From positions 1,830,001 to 1,862,000 of the forward strand of contig NZ_CP074694.1 of NCBI RefSeq assembly GCF_018398935.1: a DNA stretch of 32,000 bases, written 5' to 3'. Positions 1 through 7,296 of the stretch are shown here, piece after piece. Made by a program: the position numbers and the translations under genes. The notes below the pieces were generated by a model. The model was not told where the DNA came from, did not search any database, and saw only the letters and a program-made list of their open reading frames with translations. This DNA is from Telmatocola sphagniphila. GTDB taxonomy: Bacteria; Planctomycetota; Planctomycetia; Gemmatales; Gemmataceae. Numbering within the stretch: the stretch's first letter is position 1; each line of letters opens with the position of its first letter.

Positions 1-911
1 TCCGTAAGGCCTTCCTCGGAATAAAAAGCCGAATGGGGATTCAGAATGACCCGATCGTGGCAAGGATTTTGGGGATCGCGCCAGGCCAGCACGAGTGGAT
101 TCTCTGGTTCGGGAGGTTCATCGGCCAGAACATCGATTCCAGCCCCCGCGAGCCGTCCACTGGCAATCGCTTGCGGGATAATTGTGGTATCGACGATGGC
201 TCCCCGGGCGGTGTTGACTAAAAAGGATCCTTTCGGCAACAGTTCAATAGTCTGTGCGTTGATCAGATGCCGGGTTTCTGGAGTGAGAGGACAGTGAACG
301 GAAACGGCGTAGGACTGTTGCAGTAACTCTTCGAGAGAGTTTACCCGCTCGACTCCCAGGGCTTTTTCCACCCCGTCGGAGACATAGGGATCGTAAAAGA
401 CGACTCGCATGTTGAGCGCTTTGGCCCGCAGGACAAAGGCGGTGCCAATCCGACCGACGCCAATGACGCCACAGGTCTGGCCGCGCAGTCGACGAAGAGG
501 AGCAACCTGAGAATAGGAATATTCTCCCTGGCTGCGGATCAGCCGCTGGTTCAAAAAGGAAATGCCGCGAGTCAGCGATAGAAGCATTCCCAGGGCGGTA
601 TCCGCGACTTCTTCGGAGCCGTAATCGGGAACGTTCGCGACCGGAATGCCCTGGGTTCGGGCGAATTTCCAATCCACATTGTCGATACCGACGCCGCAGC
701 GAACGATCAATTTGCAGTTCTTGAGGCGTTCAATGGTCTTCGAGGTGAGGGCCAGATTGTGGTACATCATAATCGCATCGGCCTCATCGATGCGGCCCCA
801 GAGTTCGGCTTCCGCGAACCCGTTGAGCGACTCAACCGTCGCTAAATCGCCGAGAATTTTCTTCTCGGGTTGTAAAGAATCGTGAATAAAGTCGGAGATC
901 ACAACTTTCAT
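1..911 (-). CDS. D-isomer-specific 2-hydroxyacid dehydrogenase family protein (CtBP-like); 3' end cut by window edge
   Basis: Absent from the supplied ORF track because it has no stop inside the window. My own minus-strand translation from ATG (911-909) gives MKVVISDFIHDSLQPEKKILGDLATVESLNGFAEAELWGRIDEADAIMMYHNLALTSKTIERLKNCKLIVRCGVGIDNVD... It contains the NAD-binding motif GVIGVGRIGTAF (GxGxxG), plus NTARG and NPHSAFYSEE, which are typical of the family. The frame stays open to position 1. Confidence 0.85.
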   Translation of the reverse strand, partial: MKVVISDFIHDSLQPEKKILGDLATVESLNGFAEAELWGRIDEADAIMMYHNLALTSKTIERLKNCKLIVRCGVGIDNVDWKFARTQGIPVANVPDYGSEEVADTALGMLLSLTRGISFLNQRLIRSQGEYSYSQVAPLRRLRGQTCGVIGVGRIGTAFVLRAKALNMRVVFYDPYVSDGVEKALGVERVNSLEELLQQSYAVSVHCPLTPETRHLINAQTIELLPKGSFLVNTARGAIVDTTIIPQAIASGRLAGAGIDVLADEPPEPENPLVLAWRDPQNPCHDRVILNPHSAFYSEEGLT

Positions 912-1039
912 GAGAATACCGGCCTGCCCAGCGAAAAAGTAAGGATATGCGCTAGGATAAGCGTTCGGGCGGCTATTTCAACGGGAGTAATCGGAAGCCC
1001 TATCCCCAACCCCCCTGCCCCCATACCCTTATTGGATAA

Positions 1040-1112
1040 GCCCTCGTAGCTCAGGGGATAGAGCGGCTGTTTCCTAAACAGTAGGTCACAAGTTCGAATC
1101 TTGTCGGGGGCA
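1040..1112 (+). tRNA. tRNA-Arg (anticodon CCT)
   Basis: A 73-nt cloverleaf was folded by hand. Acceptor stem GCCCTCG/CGGGGGC, D-arm GCTC-AGGGGATA-GAGC, anticodon stem GCTGT/ACAGT with loop TTCCTAA (anticodon CCT), T-arm ACAAG-TTCGAAT-CTTGT, discriminator A. No encoded CCA. Confidence 0.85.
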
Positions 1113-1240
1113 TTGGCGTGAATGAGGATTGGGCGAAAGCTCGGTTCTTTTTTTATGATGAATGGATCTCGAGGTCGACAAACCAACTCTACCCGGGCTA
1201 TGTGACCGGAGCAGGCTGGAACACTGAGCATCAGCGGCCG

Positions 1241-2293
1241 CTATCGACGATACGACGGCGGTTTTAGCTTGAGGCGATGAGGGTTCTGCATAACCCACCT
1301 CACGGCCAACTCTGCCATACGGTCGGTGTCGCCGGACTTGCGTTTCACCTCAGTAACGATGACCACGGCTTCGGCAATATCTGGTGGTGAAAGTGGCTTG
1401 CCACTTTGCATGTGCTCAAGGAATGCGTCGGCCATGCTTTTGTATTCCGCGTCCCAATTAGCCCCGCCATTACGTTTCATTTCGTCGGAGATACGTCCGG
1501 AAATGCGAATCACCTCTCCTTGCACGGTTGCTGCGGAGCCTTGCGAAGGGACCAGCAGGTTCCACAGCTCATCATGTTGTGTTTGCCACGTCTTCGCTCG
1601 CACAACTATGGGCGAATTGCCGTCGTGAACCTGGCGGCGAGGCACAGGCGTTACCTCGAAGATTTTGTACAGTTCGCCCAGCGCATTGCTCACAGCATCC
1701 ACATGCTCGGGAGCGAAACCGCTACGGTGAAACTCGAAGCGCTTGCCGATTTCTTCGACGAATCCCGGCATGCGATGAGTTTTCTCCGCTCCAGCCTCTA
1801 GACAGACTTTCGCGAGCGTCACCATGTTTTCGATGTCAATATTGTTGCAGCTACGCAAGGCCAATTCGAGCGGCGTCAGCTTGTCACGATTAAGTTCATT
1901 AACACGGGCACCGTGCTGAAGCAACAACAGGGCATGACCCACGTTGTGTGAATCGGCTGCTGCATGGAGCGGCGTGCCAACCGAACTGGTGGCCTTGTTA
2001 ACGTCGGCGCCTAATTCCAGCAGTACGTTGAGGCGACTCCGCCGGCTTCTCGCGCGATGATGAAGCGGTGTATTGCTCCAGCTATCAGTTGCGGATAAGT
2101 CCGCTCCTTGAGCTACCGGCCACCGTGCTAGGTCATCGGGGCACTTGTCGAAGGCAAGCGCCGTCTGTTTGCTGTATCCACCACGAGCGTCGATTTCACA
2201 GATGTCGAATACGGCTTTGAGCTCGGCTACAGTCCCCTTTTCCAGCAAAACTTCAAATTCCTTTGGAAGTGTTTTTCTTTTCGCCTTTGCCAT
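1241..2293 (-). CDS. Ankyrin-repeat protein with an uncharacterised ~200-aa C-terminal domain
   Basis: 350-aa ORF. The N-terminal half has clear ANK repeats (TPLHHRARSRRSRLNVLLELGADVN, GTPLHAAADSHNVGHALLLLQHGARVN, LTPLELAL). I cannot place the C-terminal half (..WNLLVPSQGSAATVQGEVIRISGRISDEMKRNGGANWDAEY..) in a family. No signal peptide. Confidence 0.75.
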   Translation of the reverse strand: MAKAKRKTLPKEFEVLLEKGTVAELKAVFDICEIDARGGYSKQTALAFDKCPDDLARWPVAQGADLSATDSWSNTPLHHRARSRRSRLNVLLELGADVNKATSSVGTPLHAAADSHNVGHALLLLQHGARVNELNRDKLTPLELALRSCNNIDIENMVTLAKVCLEAGAEKTHRMPGFVEEIGKRFEFHRSGFAPEHVDAVSNALGELYKIFEVTPVPRRQVHDGNSPIVVRAKTWQTQHDELWNLLVPSQGSAATVQGEVIRISGRISDEMKRNGGANWDAEYKSMADAFLEHMQSGKPLSPPDIAEAVVIVTEVKRKSGDTDRMAELAVRWVMQNPHRLKLKPPSYRR

Positions 2294-2582
2294 GCGCTAG
2301 GTCACTACTTTGAATGAAGCTGCGTAATGCAACCGGCGCCGGTAACATTTTGGAGCGTCGATCAGTATAAAGCAGGGTGATAGGCAAGACGCCGGCACGT
2401 TGCCTAAGTTGTACAAGCACGGGACAAGAAAAATCAGGTTTCACGAACTTCCGGTGCTCTTCTTGCCTTCTTCGGGCCGACACGCCGCTTGCAGTTGGGC
2501 CTAGCCATGGAAGTAGCTAAAATCAAATGACAAATTACCGGTCAGCCATGTAAGTCGAATCGAACTCAAAAAAGCGTAGTCG

Positions 2583-4658
2583 TCACTTTTTAGCATCTTT
2601 CTTTTCTGCAGCTTCGGGCAAATTTCGATATTTCTCAAACCATTTCAATGTGTGAGCCACCTTGGCGATCATTTGGCTCGGCCTGGCGCCAATGTTATGG
2701 GATGCACCGGGAATACGCACCAGGGCCGTATCGATCTTGCGAAGCCTCAAGGCCTGATAAAACTGCTCCGACTCGGACATGGGAGTGCGGAAATCGACTT
2801 CGCCGGTCATCAGCATCGTCGGCGTTGTCACATTGCCCACGAGCGAGATCGGCGAACGTTTCAGATACTCCTCGGGTTTCTCCCATGGGTGCGTTCCGAA
2901 CCAGTAGGGGCCGAAGAAAGAATACTCGTCGGCGGTTAACACAAAGCTATACCAGTTGATGACCGGTTTGCTGGCGACGGCGGCCTTAAAACGTTTCGAC
3001 TTGCCGACTATCCAAGCCGTCAAAGCGCCGCCTCCGCTGCCGCCAGTCACAAACAAGTTATCTTTATCGACGTAGCCTTTCGCCAGGAGTGCATCGACAC
3101 CGGACATCAAGTCGTCGTAATCGTTACCGGGATATTTGCCGTTGATTTGTTGAGCGAACTCCTCGCCGTAGCCGGTGCTGCCGCGCGGATTGGTGTAGAG
3201 AACAACGTAACCGGCGGCAGCATAAAGTTGTATTTCGGCACTGAAACGCTCGCCGTAGTTGGCATAAGGGCCGCCATGAATCTCCAGAATTAAGGGATAC
3301 TTCTTCTTGGCATCGAAATGAGGCGGCTTGACAATCCAACCCTCGATCTCTCGATTATCGTGGCTGGACTTGTATTGAATGCGTTCCACCTGCCCGAGCG
3401 TTTTGTGGCCGAGTAAGTTTTCGTTCAAGCGGGTCACTATTCGCTTGGCAGTGGGCGTAAGCACTCCCAGCTGAGCCGGAAATGCAGGTCGAGTCGTCGT
3501 AAAAGCCAATGTGCCATTATCAGAAAGAGTAAAACTTCCTCCCGAGTAAGGGCGACCGAAATCCTCACCGCCGAGGTCGGCCGCGAGAGACTCTATCTTT
3601 CCATCGATCGAAACGAAGTCAATTCGGGTGGTGCCGTGATCTTCGTACAGGAAGTAGACGCCGCTACCGTCTTTACGCCAGAGAGGAGAATGTATATCTC
3701 GATCCAGCTTGCCGGCAAGAAGCTTGCTCCCGGTGCCATCACGATTCATGATGTAAAGATGATGAGATTGATAACCCTTATGCTCGTCATCGAATCCAAT
3801 GTAGGCGATCTGCTTCCCGTCGGCGGAAATAGCTGGTTGCGAATCGGGTCCCTTTCGATCGGTCAGCGCCCGGATCTTTCTATCGGCGAGAGTTAATTCG
3901 TAAATTTCGCTATTGAGAGGATCGTAGTCGCCGTCGGGGTGTCGATTCGCCGAGCAGAGAAAAGCTTTACTATCAGGGGTCCAAACCGGTGCGACGTGGT
4001 CGTAGGGGCCGCTCGTGAGCTGTCGCGCGGCACCGCCTTCGGCGGATACGGAGAACAACTGCATATGTTCGTCTTTCAAATAACCTTCGCCATCCGCGCG
4101 GTAGAGGAGTTTTTGGATTACCTTGGGGGGAGCAGACCATTCTGCACCCTCGGGCTTTTCCGGCATTTCCGCAAATGCCTCAGATTTTTCCGGGACCGTC
4201 ATGGCGAAGGCTATCCATTCTCCGTCCGGTGACCAAACGGCATTCGCAGGTGCGGAAGTAAGATTCGTAAGTTTGGCCGTCTGTCCACTATCCATCCAGC
4301 GGCAATGAATTTGCGGCGTGCCGCTTGAACTGGAAATGTAAAGCAACTTCTTGCCGTTAGCCGACCAGCGCGGCGAGAAATCGTTTTGCGTTCCAGATGT
4401 CAAAGGCCGAGGATCCGTACCGTCACTGTTGACGATCCATAAATTGGATCGGCGCTTATCCTTCATGATGTCCAAGAAATTGCGAACATAGACGACCTGT
4501 TTGCCATCCGGCGAAATTTGCGGGTCCGATGCATATTCGAGCCGAAACACATCCAGGGGGCGGAAGATTTCATCTCCAGGATTTTCGTCGCCTGCCTTTG
4601 ACGGGGTTTGCAACAAAAAACATAGTATTCCAAGAATCCCGATGGCATACATTTTCAT
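2583..4658 (-). CDS. S9 family serine peptidase (prolyl oligopeptidase / acylaminoacyl-peptidase type) with N-terminal beta-propeller; secreted
   Basis: 691-aa ORF with an N-terminal signal peptide (MKMYAIGILGILCFLLQTPSKAG). TolB/DPP-IV-like propeller repeats are present (SPDGKQVVY, SANGKKLLY, SPDGEWIAF, TPDSKAF, SADGKQIAY). The C-terminal alpha/beta-hydrolase has the nucleophile motif VTGGSGGGAL and later D/H residues (GEVDFR, GASHNI). Confidence 0.9.
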   Translation of the reverse strand: MKMYAIGILGILCFLLQTPSKAGDENPGDEIFRPLDVFRLEYASDPQISPDGKQVVYVRNFLDIMKDKRRSNLWIVNSDGTDPRPLTSGTQNDFSPRWSANGKKLLYISSSSGTPQIHCRWMDSGQTAKLTNLTSAPANAVWSPDGEWIAFAMTVPEKSEAFAEMPEKPEGAEWSAPPKVIQKLLYRADGEGYLKDEHMQLFSVSAEGGAARQLTSGPYDHVAPVWTPDSKAFLCSANRHPDGDYDPLNSEIYELTLADRKIRALTDRKGPDSQPAISADGKQIAYIGFDDEHKGYQSHHLYIMNRDGTGSKLLAGKLDRDIHSPLWRKDGSGVYFLYEDHGTTRIDFVSIDGKIESLAADLGGEDFGRPYSGGSFTLSDNGTLAFTTTRPAFPAQLGVLTPTAKRIVTRLNENLLGHKTLGQVERIQYKSSHDNREIEGWIVKPPHFDAKKKYPLILEIHGGPYANYGERFSAEIQLYAAAGYVVLYTNPRGSTGYGEEFAQQINGKYPGNDYDDLMSGVDALLAKGYVDKDNLFVTGGSGGGALTAWIVGKSKRFKAAVASKPVINWYSFVLTADEYSFFGPYWFGTHPWEKPEEYLKRSPISLVGNVTTPTMLMTGEVDFRTPMSESEQFYQALRLRKIDTALVRIPGASHNIGARPSQMIAKVAHTLKWFEKYRNLPEAAEKKDAKK

Positions 4659-4975
4659 AACAACTCCGATGCCAGCTACTTGTGAAAAGTTTCGAGTGAT
4701 TAACCCTCTTTACTTGTATGCGCATTATGGCGGATTACAGTCATGAACCGCTAAATCAAATTTTATTACAACAAATCTTTACTCGTCTCAAAGTCTTTTC
4801 CATTTCGGCGAGCGGCACGGACCGGATCCTCCCGTTTGTCCTAACTTGTAATCCGAGATTGCGTCCAAGGCCTCCTGGACGGAGGTCCCCATACAATCGA
4901 CAATCTCATCTACTCTTTGTCGAGAACAGTCGTTCGCATCAAGTCGATAACTCCTTCAGTACCTCCTCTTTGACC

Positions 4976-6316
4976 TTACCTCGCCGGTGAGAATATTCGA
5001 TGGGCTATCTCCCGCAAAATGAAACCACCCGGACCGAGCACAAAAAAGAGAAATACGAATACGGCCAACGCGATGTCCCAACGGCGTTTGCGCGGCTTAT
5101 GTTGGTGGGTTGGATCGGGTTGGGCAATGACTTCCCTCCGCTCCGGAATCCGGCTTTCTGCTTCCCTCGGCTTATCAGTAACCGGTGTAATTACCGGAGT
5201 CGACTCGGTTTGTCCGGTCTGTAAAGCCGCCAGACCCTGACCGAGCAAATCCGCGACTTCCTGGGCCGTTCCGATCCGCTCTTCCGGATTTTTGGCATGT
5301 AACCGGGCGATCAGATCGCATAGCCATTGCGGAACTTCGGGAATGATCTCCCGGATGTCCCGCGGCGTATCCTCGGCCACCCGTTTTAACACCGCGAGTG
5401 CACTGCGGGCTCGAAACGGCGTCCGCCCGGAGCACATGGTGTAAAGCACGCTGCCTAGGCTGAACAGGTCCGCGCGATGATCGAGCTTGTCGCCATGCGC
5501 CTGCTCGGGAGCCATGTACATGGGTGTCCCGGCGATAATGCCGGACTGGGTCAGGCTGGCATCGTCGGCCGTTCTCGCCAGGCCGAAATCAGTGATTTTG
5601 ATCGATAATTGGGCTCCCGATTCGATCAGGATATTCCCCGGTTTGATGTCGCGGTGAATCAGCCCCTGAGCATGGGCAGCCTCCAACCCTTCGGCAATTT
5701 GTTTCCCGAAGAGAAGCACTTCCTCGAGTTCCAACGGGCCTGTTCGGTCGAGCCGTTGCTGCAGAGTTTCTCCAGGGATGAACTCCATCACCAGATAGGG
5801 GATGGGATCTTCTTCCACCGCATACACTTGAACGATATGCTCGTGCCGCACCCGGGCCGAGGAGCGGGCTTCGCGTAAGAATCGCTTACGGGCGGGTGAA
5901 GCGACCGCCAGATGAGGGGCCATCACCTTGACCGCCACCACCCGTTGCAAGGTTTCGTCCAAGGCTCGAAAAACGATCCCGAAACCTCCGCGTCCCAAGA
6001 CTTCCAGAACTTCGTAGTGTCCGATGCGGCCGAGCGATCCCGACCTCTCGGAAGGACGGAGGAAGGTCATCGTTTCCTTCAAATCGTCGGAGCCACTCTC
6101 CGGTCCGGTCAGGTCCTGCGTTAACAGATTAGCGGGACTGGCCGCGGGGACCGGCGAATTCTCCAGAAACCCTCCCGCTTTGTCGTGGGCCCGGAGGAGA
6201 TTTTCGATCCGCTGGTGAAGCTCCGGATTTCCTGCACAAACTTCCTCGAGATAGTGAGTTCGGGACGCTGGATCGGCTTTTTCGAGGGCGGCGGCAAAGA
6301 TGGTTTCATCGGTCAT
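4976..6316 (-). CDS. Ser/Thr protein kinase, C-terminally membrane-anchored, partner of the upstream ECF sigma factor
   Basis: 446-aa ORF. Hanks kinase motifs are present: GRGGFGIVF, VAVK, HRDIKPGNIL, DFGLAR, MAPE. A conserved-looking N-terminal helical segment (FAAALEKADPASRTHYLEEVCAGNPELHQRIENLLRAH) precedes the kinase domain. There is a single TM near the C-terminus (WDIALAVFVFLFFVLGPGGFIL). SD-like GGAG lies 6 nt upstream of the ATG. Confidence 0.9.
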   Translation of the reverse strand: MTDETIFAAALEKADPASRTHYLEEVCAGNPELHQRIENLLRAHDKAGGFLENSPVPAASPANLLTQDLTGPESGSDDLKETMTFLRPSERSGSLGRIGHYEVLEVLGRGGFGIVFRALDETLQRVVAVKVMAPHLAVASPARKRFLREARSSARVRHEHIVQVYAVEEDPIPYLVMEFIPGETLQQRLDRTGPLELEEVLLFGKQIAEGLEAAHAQGLIHRDIKPGNILIESGAQLSIKITDFGLARTADDASLTQSGIIAGTPMYMAPEQAHGDKLDHRADLFSLGSVLYTMCSGRTPFRARSALAVLKRVAEDTPRDIREIIPEVPQWLCDLIARLHAKNPEERIGTAQEVADLLGQGLAALQTGQTESTPVITPVTDKPREAESRIPERREVIAQPDPTHQHKPRKRRWDIALAVFVFLFFVLGPGGFILREIAHRIFSPAR

Positions 6317-6358
6317 GGCTGGCTCCTAGGGAAGGTCCTGTTACCAACAATGCGAGAA

Positions 6359-6374
6359 GCCAATCGGAATTGGC
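6359..6374 (-). promoter_or_regulatory. Small hairpin directly after the sigma-factor stop codon (GCCAAT-NNNN-ATTGGC)
   Basis: Perfect 6-bp inverted repeat with a 4-nt loop that abuts the sigma stop codon (6375-6377). It sits inside the 58-nt sigma-kinase spacer. Function unknown; it could be an attenuator, a stability element or chance. Confidence 0.2.
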
Positions 6375-6953
6375 TCAGGAATTTTCCAATTTTTCTTGGG
6401 TCCCGCCCATGGCCTCGAAGAGCCACGCCTTACTGTAATTCCAGTACCGTTTGGCGGTCGCCGGAGAGATGCCAAGGGAATCGGCCGCCTGTTCTATGGT
6501 CAATCCGGCGAAGTAGCGGAGTTTCACCAATTCCGCCTTTTGGGGATCGACTGCCCAAAACCGGTTCAGGGCTTCATCGAGCGCTAAAAGATCTTCGGGG
6601 ACTTCCGGCATTTCGATGTCGATTTCCCCCACATCGCAACGCTTGAAATCGCCGCCATGTTTCTCCGCCCGCTTGCGGCGAGCGGCATCGACCAGGATGC
6701 GGCGCATCGCTTCCGCGGCCGCGGCAAAAAAATGAGCCCGGTTTTCCCAGCGACTCTCGTCCACCGGACCAATCAACCGAAGGTAAGCCTCGTGGACGAG
6801 AGCGGTGGCCGTGAGGGTGTTGCCGGGATTTTCCGAGAGCATCCGCGCCGTCGCGAGTTTACGCAATTCTTCGTAGACGAGGGGAAGCACTTCCGCCGCG
6901 GCCTGACGGTCGCCGGTTGACGCAGCTTCCAGAAGTACTGTGACATCGGTCAT
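6375..6953 (-). CDS. ECF-type RNA polymerase sigma factor (planctomycete Sigma70_ECF / TIGR02999-like, kinase-associated type)
   Basis: 192-aa ORF. The N-terminus LLEAASTGDRQAAAEVLPLVYEELRKLATARM...TALVHEAYLRLIG...RAHFFAAAAEAMRRILVDAARRKRAEKHGG matches my memory of this ECF subfamily. The C-terminal sigma-4 HTH is LVKLRYFAGLTIEQAADSLGISPATAKRYW. No anti-sigma gene is adjacent; a Ser/Thr kinase follows instead. Confidence 0.9.
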   Translation of the reverse strand: MTDVTVLLEAASTGDRQAAAEVLPLVYEELRKLATARMLSENPGNTLTATALVHEAYLRLIGPVDESRWENRAHFFAAAAEAMRRILVDAARRKRAEKHGGDFKRCDVGEIDIEMPEVPEDLLALDEALNRFWAVDPQKAELVKLRYFAGLTIEQAADSLGISPATAKRYWNYSKAWLFEAMGGTQEKLENS

Positions 6954-7296
6954 GCTTCCCTTTCTAGGAGTTTTCCCGAGCCGAAGGAGAGTTACGGCCT
7001 GAGCCGCGAAAACCGGGCGGAACGGTTTTCGAGTCGAGCCCTTCCTTTTGCAGTGGAAGGGATCTCGTTCAGGAACTGCTGGAAGCCTGCCTTCTCACGA
7101 AGTGGCCGCTCCCCGCAATTGCTTTCCCGGACTGAATCGATTAGACTAAGAGGACCTGCCGAGAAGTTTCCGTTTACTGGCTTTTGCGATTACGACTTCT
7201 GTCCCGCTGAATTGATCGACTTTCATTCGTTGTCTTTGCGAATCTCCCCCGGACGATCCGACCGTTTTTCCAGTTTCGGATCCTAAGAGAAGAATC

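Noticed and set aside
1010-1020. The 11-nt string cccccctgccc occurs at both 1010-1020 (upstream of the tRNA) and 13158-13168 (upstream of the kinase-FGE gene).
   Set aside because: In 32 kb, on the order of a hundred identical 11-mer pairs are expected by chance. The C-rich composition makes this one even more likely, and the flanking sequence shows no similarity.
1131-1154. GGGC-GAAA-GCTC followed by a T-run after the tRNA gene, as a possible intrinsic terminator.
   Set aside because: The stem is only 4 bp and includes a G-U pair. That is too weak to annotate as a feature.
2552-2561. The string aagtcgaatc resembles the tRNA T-arm sequence aagttcgaatc and could be an att-like direct repeat bounding a tRNA-linked islet.
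   Set aside because: It is only about 10 nt long and has an indel. There is no integrase or other mobility gene between the copies. It is too weak to call an integration scar.
4718-4990. A 90-aa ORF (+) fills the 317-nt gap between the S9 peptidase and kinase genes. There are also small ORFs in the 12781-13189 gap, for example 12829-13089(-).
   Set aside because: These have no recognisable motifs, odd composition, no RBS-like signal and no coding-like periodicity that I could see. They are most likely non-coding spacer.
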